A DNA stretch of 64,000 nucleotides from Eledone cirrhosa (taxonomy: Eukaryota). The translations under genes and the position numbers were made by a program. The number at the start of each line of letters is the position of its first letter. Position 1 is the first letter of the stretch. The stretch spans positions 302,870,001 to 302,934,000 of the forward strand of contig OZ024741.1 of assembly GCA_964016885.1 (NCBI GenBank). The letters are read 5' to 3'. This document shows positions 13,077 to 27,800 of this stretch, piece after piece. The notes under the pieces were generated by a model. That model was not told where the DNA came from. It saw nothing but the letters and a program-made list of their open reading frames with translations, and searched no databases.

Positions 13077-13145
13077 GAAAATTTAAGTAAGAAAAAAATT
13101 TTTTTTAATTTAAAAAAAAAAAAAAATATTTTCTTATTTTACGTC

Positions 13146-13194
<49 letters not shown>

Positions 13195-15099
13195 AGAAAA
13201 ATATAGTATACAATTGTAATGTCAAAACAAATGAAAACTCCTTTAACTATGTCGGCTCTACTTCCACAGATTCAAATCTCGTTTTAATAACCATAAATGT
13301 TCTTTTACGAATATTGCTAAAAAATCTTCAACTTCTCTATCTAACTTATTATGGGACTTGAAATTCAAGAACATTAACTATTCTTTACTTTGGAAAATTA
13401 TTTCCAAAGCTCCTTCATACACTGCTTTATCCCAAAATCGTTTCCTTTGTGTCGAAGAAATATTCTTTATACTAAAAAGTAAGAACTCTATTAATTTGCG
13501 GAATAATTTATTCAGTTCCTGCAAACATCGTTTAAATTCAACTTTTAAATATATATATAAAATGTAATATACGATTTATCTCTTTTACTTCTATATCTAT
13601 ATATGATTCATATACTTAATTTATTTTCTATTATCTCTACTTCACATATATATTATTACACCTATCGATAGATTATAAAATTCCTTTATATGACTGCTTG
13701 AAACTCCTTTAAGGAAAATTTTTTCTTGAAAAACTTACGGAAGGTTTTAAGAAAATCTTTTGAAAATTCCTTTGAAAGATATAGAAAAACCATTATTTTT
13801 ATACCTTCCAATATTTTTATATTGTTATATTTTTATATTCTTATATTTTCAAACGTTTTTAATATATATATCCAAATGTTTATATGTGGAAAAACATGAT
13901 TTTTTATATATATGTGGAGTAACCTTTGGTTTATGCTTTAAATATATTCTTAAGATAAATTTTTAAAAAGTTTTAACTTTATAGCAAGTAAATTTATGAC
14001 TTCGTATAAAATAACATGGTTCATGTTTTAATTATATTCTTAAGATAGAAAATTTTTAACTTCTTAACTTTATAGCATTTAATCCTTAGTCATCTGAGTT
14101 CTTAAAAAATCACTTATAACTTCCTTTACGCTTCCTTACTGTTTTTATAATATAACTAAGTGGTTATTCTTTTGTAAACTCTCGAAAATTTTCCATAAAT
14201 TTAGAATTATTTGGATGTTTAAAATTTTTGACTTACAACTTTTAATAAAATAAACTATACTAGATTTACTCTAATGTAAAATAATATATATTTATTTAAA
14301 TAATTTATAATCCTTAACATACACATTTAAACTAATAATTAAATCATTAAATTAAATCTTTAATATTAAGGTAAATTTTAATTTTCATTTCTAATTTTTT
14401 AATTTTAATTTTAATCTAATTTTTCAACCTATCATTATAAATATTATAATCAAAACAGAATGAATCCTGCATTATAAATATTATTCTCCCAAGCTATTCT
14501 CATTTCTTCATTTCTTCATTTCTTCTCTCACGTAAATATACTTATGCTGTATTTATCCTTTGAAACTCATTTCTTCTCTCACTTAAATATACTTACGCTC
14601 TTCTCTTCATGCACGCTATTTTCACAGTCAAAATATATATAATCGTTCTTTCTTTCCTCTTCTATCTTTCTCATTTCTTTCTTCTTTTTTTCTTTTTTCT
14701 CTCTCCCTCACATATCACCTTCTTCCAACAGTTTAATTTAAATAAACCGTTATCTTTTCACCCTTTCGGACACTCATTTGCATACTCACTCATAATTTTC
14801 TATCACCCTCAATAAATGTAATATCTCCACTATCCAGGAAGCTCCAACCGTTAAGGTTGTCTTTTTTCCGGGTATGTCAATATTTATTTATAAAACAAAT
14901 CTGTATTTTATCTGATGAAAGCGCGCCATAATTTGCCTTGGTGGCCCTTGAAATATGTATAATAAAATAATATGGTTTTATAAATATAGTTTCCATTTAT
15001 TAATATATTGTGTATTTACTCCACTAATTTGTTGAGTGCTTTATATCAGTTATAAAAATGTTTAAGCTTGTTGAATCCCACCAAATTAAATATAACCTC

Positions 15100-15102
<3 letters not shown>
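13195..15102 (+). mobile_element. 5'-truncated PLE (Penelope/Poseidon-like): degenerate GIY-YIG 13195-13567, long AT-rich 3' region, hammerhead and tail
   Basis: IVYNCNVKT..FNYVGSTST...LCVEEIFFIL...NLRNNLFSSCKHR is homologous to ORF 18433..19233; the 3' end resembles the reverse complement of 16193-16390. Confidence 0.85.
14904..14969 (+). ncRNA. Minimal type I hammerhead ribozyme
   Basis: TATTTTAT-CTGATGA-AAG..GCCAT/GTGGC..CTT-GAAA-TATGTA-TA^ATAAAATA (8-bp stem I). Confidence 0.82.
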
Positions 15103-15137
<35 letters not shown>

Positions 15138-15208
15138 GTAAACAGAAATAACAACACAATCGGTACAGTATATGGAAGGTATATATTAGGTTATAGCAGG
15201 AAGGGGGG

Positions 15209-15244
15209 TCTTAACGTTTCGGACGCTAGTCCTTTATCAGAAGA
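15209..15244 (-). ncRNA. Minimal hammerhead with a G8A change, within a PLE 3' remnant at about 15133-15567
   Basis: TCTT-CTGATAA-A-GGAC(tagc)GTCC-GAAA-CG-TT^AAGA. Confidence 0.65.
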
Positions 15245-15562
15245 AAGAATGAGAAATAAAATAGATTGAGGGAACGGGCGGGATAAAAATAACAGGTCTA
15301 TTTATGTTGACATCTCTTGCAAAACTATAATAAGGAAATACAAAGTTTAGATGATAAGGCCGTGATACATATTTCGAGGACGACATTGGCTACGCAATTC
15401 GGCGTAGAATCCACCGCCATGCTCTTCAGACAGCGTCTTACATAAGAAAGTTACAATCAAGGCCGTAATTCAAAATTGAAGTGACAAGGAAACGGACAAT
15501 CAGCGATGTTCATGAATCGAATGCCCGTTCCCATGTGATCTTCAATTCATGCCAACAGGTTT

Positions 15563-15663
<101 letters not shown>

Positions 15664-16039
15664 GGCTTCTATAGGACTAGAACTGTTTCATTTGTTTGAA
15701 ATCCCTTAGACGGACCAGTCTGAGATGCGCGTTGAACGACGGAACGTCCGCGCGCTGAATGACGAAACGACTTGTGGAGTTACGTCGATCAGTTATTATC
15801 ACGTGTGGGACGGATCCGACTATTGACCGAATCCATAGTGAAGATCGCTCCTTCAAGTTCTTTTGACCAGAGGTTGTATGGTGGACCAGGTTGAAAAAAG
15901 TGAAGATGGAAACGTTTCTATTCGACCAATCCCGCATCAACTTTTTCAAAATTTTCACTTGGAAAGGAATGTGAAGGTGGAGAGGGAGGTGCTCTCCGCC
16001 CCAGTACATTTGCTAAAAGGTGGGTGAATGTTGAAATGT

Positions 16040-16195
<156 letters not shown>

Positions 16196-16322
16196 AAAGT
16201 TATATTTAAATTGTTGGGTTACAACTAGTAAATATTTATAACTGATATAAAAGCACTCAACAAGTATTTGGAGTATATTTACGATATTAAATAAATGGAA
16301 ACTATATTTATAAAACCATATT

Positions 16323-16388
16323 TATTTCATTATATATATTTCAGGGATATCATATTAACAATATGTTATGCCTTCTTCAGACAAAATA
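16323..16388 (-). ncRNA. Minimal type I hammerhead ribozyme
   Basis: TATTTTGT-CTGAAGA-AGG..CATATT/AATATG..CCT-GAAA-TATATA-TA^ATGAAATA. Confidence 0.8.
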
Positions 16389-17098
16389 CAATATAGACAG
16401 TTTTATAGATAAATAGATTTGACATACCGTTCAACATCGACTTGTATTTGAAAAAGTTGATTTGGCAGTGAAAAATTGTAAACATAAAGAAAGAAAGAAA
16501 GAAAGAAAGAAGGAAAGAAAGAAAGAAAGAAAACGAAGAAAAAGAAGAAAAAGAAGAAATGCATGCCCCAAAATAGAGAGATGGAAAGATAGATAAAGAG
16601 AAGAACTTCATGTAAAGAAACAGAGAGAGATATAGAGATATATAGAGAGAGGAAATAGATAGAGATAGATATATATAGAGAAAAGTAGGTAGTTGGACGA
16701 CGTATCAATGATACATTTATTTATTTATTTATTTAGCTCTATTATTAATGTAAGGGAGATATATGTCGTTAGGAAAGAAACCAGCCGTTATATATAGAGA
16801 AAAATGAAAAGTAACCAGACATAGGCGAGGCAGAATTCAAAAACCCTATGTTTTAATGTAGAAGTATTAGTTCGTATAAAAACCAGGCACTATAATGTAA
16901 ATATCAGTATTCCTGAATGAGACACGTATCTATAATGTGTGAAAAGTAATGATCTTATGTCTAGTTTTAAAAATTCATATGTTTATATGATAACTACAAA
17001 CATCGATGTGAATTTACGTGATCAACTCTGCAAACCCCTATTTCACACGGAGAACCATTGTGCTATAAAAATTTAAGTATACATATATGTGTATATAT

Positions 17099-17131
<33 letters not shown>

Positions 17132-18312
17132 GAGTCTATATTAATTTTAACAATACTATTCTTGTCTTTACTCTACATGATTATCTATCAAGCAGAAATA
17201 GAGAACAGATTTCAATATATTAATAAAAATATCAGAAACAAAAACAAAAAATACAAAAAATAATAATAATAATAATAAAAATAAACAAATAAATAAAATA
17301 GAAAACTAAAAAATATTACATATTAAAAATGAAAATATTAAAAATATTAAAAAATATTATTAAAAAATATTAAAATATTAAAATAATAAAAATAAAAACA
17401 TAATATGCCACGCAAATCGACCACAAAGATCAACCCTTCAAAATTAATTGACAATATATTGCCAAGTTCATTATAAGCATCAGAGTCGAAAACAGACAAA
17501 GCTAAAAATTATTTACCAAATTGCGTCTAGCAGAAATCATTTCAAAAGTTTAGGATGTCCATTTGGTCTACATATGTTCTTATATTTAATATAGAAGTTT
17601 ATCTAGTGTAACGTTTATTCGATATATTTGGAGCATCAACTTTTAGGGTAGTTTAATTTTTCATGAAGAATGTTTAAAATAAAAATAAAATAAAAAGAAG
17701 AATAAAAAGAAGAAATCGAAAGATTTATCGGCTAGTTTCCCAAATAATTACAAATCAAACTAAATATACTACATTTTAAATTTAAATTTATATTTAAAAG
17801 TTGAGTTCAATCTATGTTTGCAGCAACTGAATAAATTTGTCCGTAGATTAAGGGAATTTTTAGATTTTAGTATAAAGAATATCTCCTCCGCGCAGAGGTC
17901 ACATGTCTCAGAGGATGAATTAAAAGGAATCCCTCTTGAGACTATATTCCAAGCCGTCGAATATCTAACGTTATCTTGCCTAAGTTGCCAGAGTACGCCT
18001 GATAGTGCTGTTGAAGATTTTTTGCTTGGATCTGTGAAAGAATTCTTGTGGTTATTATAGCGAAGTTTAAATTCCGTCGATGTGGAACCGACGTAGTTAA
18101 AAGAATTAGAGTCCGTTTTAACATTACAGTTGTATATTATATTTTTATTTTTAACTAAGCAGTTGTTATTTAACGGACATTTAGATCTATCTCTACAGTT
18201 ACATTTGTTAACTTGTATCTTATTTATGCTATTATCGCTAGGTTTTAAGTTCCTATTATTTATTCTATTAATATTTTGTGCTAAATTTTTGGTGGATGAG
18301 TAGGTTAATTTT

Positions 18313-19233
18313 GCTATAGTAAACTCTGTTCAAAAACGTATCTCTAGAATCTCGTCTAATAGAAAGATTTTCGACGAAAAGGCCCAGTACTACAATGAAG
18401 CGTTAGCTAGAGCAGGATATAGTGATAAGATTATGTACATAGATAATGATAGACAAACTAAACAAAATAACAACTATTTTAATTACGGCCACAATCTTAA
18501 CAACTATAATAGAAAGTATTACAATAATTCCAAAAGCCAAAAAAGAAATAGAACTAGGAACATAATATGGTTTGCCCCCCCTTTCTCACTAAACATTAAA
18601 ACCCACATCGCTAAACTATTTTTTAAAGCTCTTGATAATCGCTTCCCTAGAACACATAGGTATCACTCAATTTTCAATAGACATACTATAAAATTAACCT
18701 ACTCATCCACCAAAAATTTAGCACAAAATATTAATAGAATAAATAATAGGAACTTAAAACCTAGCGATAATAGCATAAATAAGATACAAGTTAACAAATG
18801 TAACTGTAGAGATAGATCTAAATGTCCGTTAAATAACAACTGCTTAGTTAAAAATAAAAATATAATATACAACTGTAATGTTAAAACGGACTCTAATTCT
18901 TTTAACTACGTCGGTTCCACATCGACGGAATTTAAACTTCGCTATAATAACCACAAGAATTCTTTCACAGATCCAAGCAAAAAATCTTCAACAGCACTAT
19001 CAGGCGTACTCTGGCAACTTAGGCAAGATAACGTTAGATATTCGACGGCTTGGAATATAGTCTCAAGAGGGATTCCTTTTAATTCATCCTCTGAGACATG
19101 TGACCTCTGCGCGGAGGAGATATTCTTTATACTAAAATCTAAAAATTCCCTTAATCTACGGACAAATTTATTCAGTTGCTGCAAACATAGATTGAACTCA
19201 ACTTTTAAATATAAATTTAAATTTAAAATGTAG
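18313..19233 (+). CDS. 5'-truncated PLE ORF: RT thumb, Cys-rich linker and GIY-YIG endonuclease
   Basis: Frame open from the junction: AIVNSVQKRISRISS..YYNEAL..AGY, RNIIWFAPPFS, IFNRHTIKLTYS, CNCRDRSKCPLNNNC, IIYNCNV..YVGST..FKLRYNNH, CDLCAEE, LNLRTNLFSCCKHR. Confidence 0.9.
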   Translation, partial: AIVNSVQKRISRISSNRKIFDEKAQYYNEALARAGYSDKIMYIDNDRQTKQNNNYFNYGHNLNNYNRKYYNNSKSQKRNRTRNIIWFAPPFSLNIKTHIAKLFFKALDNRFPRTHRYHSIFNRHTIKLTYSSTKNLAQNINRINNRNLKPSDNSINKIQVNKCNCRDRSKCPLNNNCLVKNKNIIYNCNVKTDSNSFNYVGSTSTEFKLRYNNHKNSFTDPSKKSSTALSGVLWQLRQDNVRYSTAWNIVSRGIPFNSSSETCDLCAEEIFFILKSKNSLNLRTNLFSCCKHRLNSTFKYKFKFKM

Positions 19234-19867
19234 TATATTTAGTTTGATTTGTAATTATTTGGGAAACTAGCCGATAAATCTTTCGATTTCTTCTTTTTAT
19301 TCTTCTTTTTATTTTATTTTTATTTTAAACATTCTTCATGAAAAATTAAACTACCCTAAAAGTTGATGCTCCAAATATATCGAATAAACGTTACACTAGA
19401 TAAACTTCTATATTAAATATAAGAACATATGTAGACCAAATGGGCATCCTAAACTTTTGAAATGATTTCTGCTAGACGCAATTTGGTAAATAATTTTTAG
19501 CTTTCTCTGTTTTCGATTCTGATGCTTATAATGAACTTGGCAATATATTGTCAATTAATTTTGAAGGGTTGATCTTTGTGGTCGATTTGCGTGGCATATT
19601 ATGTTTTTATTTTTATTATTTTAATATTTTAATATTTTTTAATAATATTTTTTAATATTTTTAATATTTTCATTTTTAATATGTAATATTTTTTAGTTTT
19701 CTATTTTATTTATTTGTTTATTTTTATTATTATTATTATTATTTTTTGTATTTTTTGTTTTTGTTTCTGATATTTTTATTAACATATTGAAATCTGTTCT
19801 CTATTTCTGCTTGATAGATAATCATGTAGAGTAAAGACAAGAATAGTATTGTTAAAATTAATATAGA

Positions 19868-19947
<80 letters not shown>

Positions 19948-20370
19948 ATATATACACATATATGTATACTTAAATTTTTATAGCACAATGAGAATGTTCT
20001 CCGTGTGAAATAGGGGTTTGCAGAGTTGATCACGTAAATTCACATCGATGTTTGTAGTTATCATATAAACATATGAATTTTTAAAACTAGACATAAGATC
20101 ATTACTTTTCACACATTATAGATACGTGTCTCATTCAGGAATACTGATATTTACATTATAGTGCCTGGTTTTTATACGAACTAATACTTCTACATTAAAA
20201 CATAGGGTTTTTGAATTCTGCCTCGCCTATGTCTGGTTTCTTTTCATTTTTCTCTCTATATAACGGCTGGTTTCTTTCCTAACGACATATATCTCCCTTA
20301 CATTAATACTAGAGCTAAATAAATAAATAAATAAATAAATAAAGGTATCATTGATACGTCGTCCAACTAC

Positions 20371-20672
20371 GGCCCGTGTGAATGGGCCTTCACTCTACAT
20401 CAGACTATAGGTGAGGAAGATGAAAGACCAAGGGAGCACCCCTTCTCTGTGCTCCTGAGGAGAAGGGTTGCACACCTTTTTCGGGGGTGTGTGCGACCCC
20501 CCAAGGCGCCTCCTCTCTATTGAGGATTTTGTTAAAAATTTATTTTTTGTTATATCTTATTTTATTTTTATATTTTGTTATTGCCTCCTCCTTATTGAGG
20601 ACGCCTTTTTGTGTAAACTCCCCCCTTTGTACTTGTCCCACTTTTGATGCCCTAGTGGCAAATAAAAGAAAT
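20371..20672 (+). mobile_element. About 300-bp LINE 3'-end insertion (Tx1/L1-like?) present in only one arm
   Basis: Absent from the inverted arm; GC-rich hairpins; ends AATAAAAGAAA. Confidence 0.6.
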
Positions 20673-20950
20673 ATATCTATTTCCTCTCTCTATATATCTC
20701 TATATCTCTCTCTGTTTCTTTACATGAAGTTCTTCTCTTTATCTATCTTTCCATCTCTCTATTTTGGTGCATGCATTTCTTCTTTTTCTTCTTTTTCTTC
20801 GTTTTCTTTCTTTCTTTCTTTCTTTCCTTCTTTCTTTCTTTCTTTCTTTCTTTATGTTTACAATTTTTCACTGCCAAATCAACTTTTTCAAATACAAGTC
20901 GATGTTGAACGGTATGTCAAATCTATTTATCTATAAAACTGTCTACATTG

Positions 20951-21016
20951 TATTTTGTCTGAAGAAGGCATAACATATTGTTAATATGATATCCCTGAAA
21001 TATATATAATGAAATA
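20951..21016 (+). ncRNA. Minimal type I hammerhead ribozyme (other arm)
   Basis: Same motif as 16323-16388. Confidence 0.8.
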
Positions 21017-21056
21017 AATATGGTTTTATAAATATAGTTTCCATTTATTTAATATC

Positions 21057-21231
<175 letters not shown>

Positions 21232-21395
21232 AATATATATATATATGTATTTATATATATATATATATAGAGAGAGAGAAATAAATGTGAAAACTAAAAT
21301 CCGAAGATTCTTTGCTTAAATAAAATTTAATCTCTTCATGTGTACACACACACACACACACACACATAACACACACACATACGTGTGTGTGTGTG

Positions 21396-21439
21396 TGTTT
21401 TGATAAGCTACCAACATTGGCGAAGCTTCGAAGTAAACA
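21396..21439 (+). ncRNA. Hammerhead-like motif with U3:A8 core (A15.1 changed to G)
   Basis: TGTT-TTGATAA-GCTA/TGGC-GAAG-CTTCGAAG-TA^AACA. Confidence 0.55.
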
Positions 21440-21540
21440 GTGACTATTGATAATTTTTATATTGATTTTATGCAGCGTATCTGAGTCCTTAATTCAGTGC
21501 ATATTTTATCGCTTTTATAGCGCAAACCCATAAAACAAGC

Positions 21541-21637
<97 letters not shown>

Positions 21638-21642
21638 TATAT

Positions 21643-21723
<81 letters not shown>

Positions 21724-22228
21724 TATACATACATATATATATATATATACGGGGTAACAGATTATTGTTGTAGGTAATCCACATATATATATATATATAT
21801 ATTAATGTGTGTATGAGCGTGTGTATATTTATATATATGTACATATATACTTATATGTACACATACACACACTCTCTCACACACACATATGTAATGTGTG
21901 TACGTGTGTGAATTTGGCGATAACGGTAGTTAAATCGGGGTGAATTGAGTTGAGGCTTGTGTAGGAATAGTAGGGCGAAGACAAGAGGGGGGATAAGGTG
22001 TTGGAGTAAGTAGGTGATAATGGTTTTTATGTGACTTATCACCATTATTATTACCATCACCTGCACCACCACTGTCAACATCGAATGTGTCAATAGCAAT
22101 AACCACTTCGTCCTCAGTAACCAATATCAGCAACGCAATCGACATAAAAACAGCAATAAAAAGTCCCCAAGAAGAACAACAACGACAATACCTCAGTAAA
22201 TAGAAAATAGAGTAACCCAAGTAAAGTC

Positions 22229-22274
<46 letters not shown>

Positions 22275-22421
22275 GCATATAAATACAATAACAACAACAT
22301 CATATAAACACAATAACAACAACAAAAGGATATGAACTGAGAGAGCAGAAACGAATATCGCAAAGCATTCTGTCCGACCTTCTAACGACTCTACCAATGC
22401 TACTAATTACAGTAAAGTCGA

Positions 22422-25416
22422 CAATAACAACAGCATATAAATACAATAATAACAACAATAACAGCAACATATAAATACAACAACAGCAACATATAAATAC
22501 TATAACAGCAACATATAAATACAACAACAGCAACATATAAATACTATAACAGCAACATATAAATACAATAACAACAACATATAAATACTATAACAGCAAC
22601 ATATAAATACAATAACAGCAACATATAAATACAATAACAGCAACATATAAATACAACAACAGCAACATATAAATACAACAACAGCAACATATAAATACAA
22701 TAACAACAACATATAAATACAACAACAGCAACATATAAATAATATAACAACAACATATAAATACTATAACAGCAACATATAAATACAATAACACCAACAT
22801 ATAAATACAATAACAGCAACATATAAATACAATAACAGCAACATATAAATACAATAACAGCAACATATAAATGCAATAACAGCAACATATAAATACAATA
22901 ACAGCAACATATAAATACAATAACAACAACATATAAATACAATAACAGCAACATATAAATACAACAACAGCAACATATAAATACAACAACAGCAACATGT
23001 AAATGCAATAACAGCAACATATAAATACAATAACAACAACAACAACAGCAACATATAAATACAATAACAGCAACATATAAATACAATAACACCAACATAT
23101 AAATACAATAACAGCAACATATAAATACAATAACAACAACATATAAATACAATAACAGCAACATATAAATACAATAACACCAACATATAAATACAATAAC
23201 AGCAACATATAAATACAATAACAGCAACATATAAATACAATAACACCAACATATAAATACAATAACAGCAACATATAAATACAATAACAGCAACATATAA
23301 GTACAATAACAGCAACATATAAATACAATAACAGCAACATATAAATACAACAACAGCAACATATAAATACAATAACACCAACATATAAATACAATAACAC
23401 CAACATATAAATACAATAACGGCAACATATAAATACAATAACAGCAACATATAAATACAATAACACCAACATATAAATACAATAACAGCAACATATAAAT
23501 ACAATAACGGCAACATATAAATACAATAACACCAACATATAAATACAATAACACCAACATATAAATACAATAACAGCAACATATAAATACAATAACAGCA
23601 ACATATAAATACAATAACACCAACATATAAATACAATAACAGCAACATATAAATACAATAACAACAACATATAAATACAATAACACCAACATATAAATAC
23701 AATAACAGCAACATATAAATACAATAACACCAACATATAAATACAATAACAGCAACATATAAATACAATAACAGCAACATATAAATACAATAACACCAAC
23801 AGATAAATACAATAACAGCAACATATAAATACAATAACAGCAACATATAAATACAATAACAGCAACATATAAATAATAATAACAGCAACATATAAATGCA
23901 ATAACAGCAACATATAAATACAATAACAGCAACATATAAATACAATAACAACAACATATAAATACAATAACAGCAACATATAAATACAACAACAGCAACA
24001 TATAAATACAACAACAGCAACATGTAAATGCAATAACAGCAACATATAAATACAATAACAACAACAACAACAGCAACATATAAATACAACAACAGCAACA
24101 TATAAATACAATAACAGCAACATATAAATACAATAACACCAACATATAAATACAATAACAGCAACATATAAATACAATAACAACAACATATAAATACAAT
24201 AACAGCAACATATAAATACAATAACACCAACATATAAATACAATAACAGCAACATATAAATACAATAACAGCAACATATAAATACAATAACACCAACATA
24301 TAAATACAATAACAGCAACATATAAATACAATAACAGCAACATATAAGTACAATAACAGCAACATATAAATACAATAACAGCAACATATAAATACAACAA
24401 CAGCAACATATAAATACAATAACACCAACATATAAATACAATAACACCAACATATAAATACAATAACGGCAACATATAAATACAATAACAGCAACATATA
24501 AATACAATAACACCAACATATAAATACAATAACAGCAACATATAAATACAATAACGGCAACATATAAATACAATAACACCAACATATAAATACAATAACA
24601 CCAACATATAAATACAATAACAGCAACATATAAATACAATAACAGCAACATATAAATACAATAACACCAACATATAAATACAATAACAGCAACATATAAA
24701 TACAATAACAACAACATATAAATACAATAACACCAACATATAAATACAATAACAGCAACATATAAATACAATAACACCAACATATAAATACAATAACAGC
24801 AACATATAAATACAATAACAGCAACATATAAATACAATAACACCAACAGATAAATACAATAACAGCAACATATAAATACAATAACAGCAACATATAAATA
24901 CAATAACAACAACAGATAAATACAATAACAGCAACATATAAATACAATAACAGCAACATATAAATACAATAACAGCAACATATAAATACAATAACACCAA
25001 CATATAACTACAATAACAGCAACATATAAATGCAATAACAACAACAACAACAGCAACATATAAATACAACAACAGCAACATATAAATACAATAACAGCAA
25101 CATATAAATACAACAACAGCAACATATAAATACAATAACATCAACATATAAATACAATAACAGCAACATATAAATAGAATAACAGAAACATATAAATACA
25201 ATAACAACAACATATAAATACAATAACAGCAACATATAAATACAATAACAACAACATATAAATACAATAACAGCAACATATAAATACAATAATAGCAACA
25301 TATAAATACAATAACAACAACATATAAATACAATAATAGCAACATATAAATACAATAACAACATATACATACAATAACAACAACAGCAATAGCAACATAT
25401 AAATACAATAACAACA
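22422..25416. repeat. 22-bp minisatellite (ATAAATACAATAACAGCAACAT)n
   Basis: About 135 units; the long minus-strand ORFs here are artefacts. Confidence 0.97.
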
Positions 25417-25589
25417 ATGAGAGCAAGCTGAGCAACATTTAGTTGATATCAATACTAACAACCTTCCTTGGTCATCGTAATATTTCTAAACTAAAGTGTA
25501 AGAACTGTAGACTTCAAAGACAACAATAACAACAACAATTTCCCCAGTATTAGATAACATTAATAACAATAACAACAACAATAATAATA

Positions 25590-25790
25590 ATTGTTTCTGA
25601 TTTAGGCACAAGGCCAACAAAGTCGATAATATCGACGTCAGTATTTGATTGGTATTTTATTTTATCGATCTCGGAAGGATGAAAAAACAAAGTTGGCCAC
25701 TGTGGGGTTTGAACTCAGAGTGTAAAGAGCCGGAACAAGTACTGTGAAGCCTTTTGTCGGCCCTTTAATGACCTCCCCAACCCACAGCCT
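25590..25790 (-). mobile_element. SINE (OK-like)
   Basis: Matches the window consensus. Confidence 0.75.
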
Positions 25791-27591
25791 TAACACCAAC
25801 AATATTAATACTAGCCTTAACAACAACAATAGCCTTAACAACAACAATATTAATACTAGCCTTAACAACAACAATAGCCTCAACAACAACAATATTAATA
25901 CTAGCCTTAACAACAACAATAGCCTTAACAACAACAATATTAATACTAGCCTTAACAACAATAATATTAATACTAGCCTTAACAACAACAACAGCCTGAA
26001 CAACAACAATATTAATACTAGCCTTAAGAACAACAATAGCCTTAACAACAACAATATTAATACTAGCCTTAACAACAGCAATAGCCTTAACAACAACAAT
26101 ATTAATACTAGCCTTAACAACAATAATAGCCTTAACAACAACAATATTAATACTAGCCTTAACAACAACAATAGCCTTAACAACAACAATATTAATACTA
26201 GCTTTAACAACAACAATAGCCTCAACAACAACAATATTAATACTAGCCTTAACAACAACAATAGCCTTAACAACAACAATAGCCTTAACAACAACAATAG
26301 CCTTAACAACAACAATATTAACCCTAACCCTAACAACAACAATAGTCTTAACAACAACAATATTAATACTAGCCTTAACAACAACAATAGCCTTAACAAC
26401 AACAATATTAATACTAGCCTTAACAACCTCAATAGCCTTAACAACAACAATAGCCTTAACAACAACAATATTAATACTAGCCTTAACAACAACAATAGCC
26501 TCAACAACAACAATATTAATACTAGCCTTAGCAACAACAATAGCCTTAACAACAACAATAGCCTTAACAACAACAATAGCCTTAACAACAACAATATTAA
26601 TACTAGCCTTAACAACAATAATAGCCTTAACAACAACAATAGCCTTAACAACAATAATAGCCTTAACAACAACAATATTAATACTAGCCTTAACAACAAT
26701 AATAGCCTTAACAACAACAATATTAATACTAGCCTTAACAACAATACTAGCCTTAACAACAACAATATTAATACTAGCCTTAACAACAACAATAGCCTTA
26801 ACAACAACAATATTAATACTAGCCTTAACAACAACAATAGCCTTAACAACAATAATATTAATACTAGCCTTAACAACAATAATAGCCTTAACAACAACAA
26901 TATTAATACTAGCCTTAACAACAACAATAGCCTTAACAACAACAATATTAATACTAGCCTTAACAACAACAATAGCCTTAACAACAATAATAGCCTTAAC
27001 AACAACAATAGCCTTAACAACAACAATATTAATACTAGCCTTAACAACAACAATAGCCTTAACAACAATAATAGCCTTAACAACAACAATAGCCTTAACA
27101 ACAACAATATTAATACTAGCCTTAACAACAACAATAGCCTTAACAACAATAATAGCCTTAACAACAACAATAGCCTTAACAACAACAATATTAATACTAG
27201 CCTTAACAACAACAATAATAGCCTTAACAACAACAATAGCCTTAACAACAACAATATTAATACTAGCCTTAACAACAACAATAGCCTTAACAACAACAAT
27301 AGCCTTAACAACAACAATATTAATACTAGCCTTAACAACAACAATAGCCTTAACAACAATAATATTAATACTAGCCTTAACAACAACAATAGCCTTAACA
27401 ACAACAATATTAATACTAGCCTTAACAACAACAATAGCCTTAACAACAACAATAGCCTTAACAACAACAATAGTCTTAACAACAACAATATTAATACTAG
27501 CCTTAACAACAACAATAGCCTTAACAACAATAACATTAATACTAGCCTTAACAACAACAATAGCCTTAACAACAACAATATTAATACTAGC
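25786..27591. repeat. Compound 18/27-bp minisatellite (AGCCTTAACAACAACAAT[ATTAATACT])n
   Basis: Direct reading; both unit lengths are multiples of 3, which explains the 637-aa and 651-aa ORFs. Confidence 0.97.
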
Positions 27592-27595
27592 GTCT

Positions 27596-27800
27596 TATTT
27601 AGGCACAAGGCCAACAATTTTTGGGAAGGGGGAAGTCGATTAAATCGACCCCAGTGAATTACTGGAACTTTATTTTATCGACCCCGTAAGGATGAAAGGC
27701 AAAGTTAAACTCGGCAGGGTTTGAACTCAGATCATAAAGGGCTGTAACTGTATATCATAAGGCATGTTGTCCGACGCTCCACCGATACTGCCAATCCACC
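27596..27800 (-). mobile_element. SINE (OK-like)
   Basis: Matches the window consensus. Confidence 0.8.

Larger units (their letters stand above)
11944..13150. mobile_element. Non-coding hammerhead-bearing element: 564-bp unit x about 1.25 (minus) plus an inverted copy
   Basis: Direct repeat starting at 11947 and 12511; 12649-13150 is the reverse complement of about 12060-12568; flanked by (TA)n. Confidence 0.85.

Noticed and set aside
22544-27657. Very long ORFs (637-964 aa)
   Set aside because: They are translations of stop-free minisatellites, open in several frames or on both strands.
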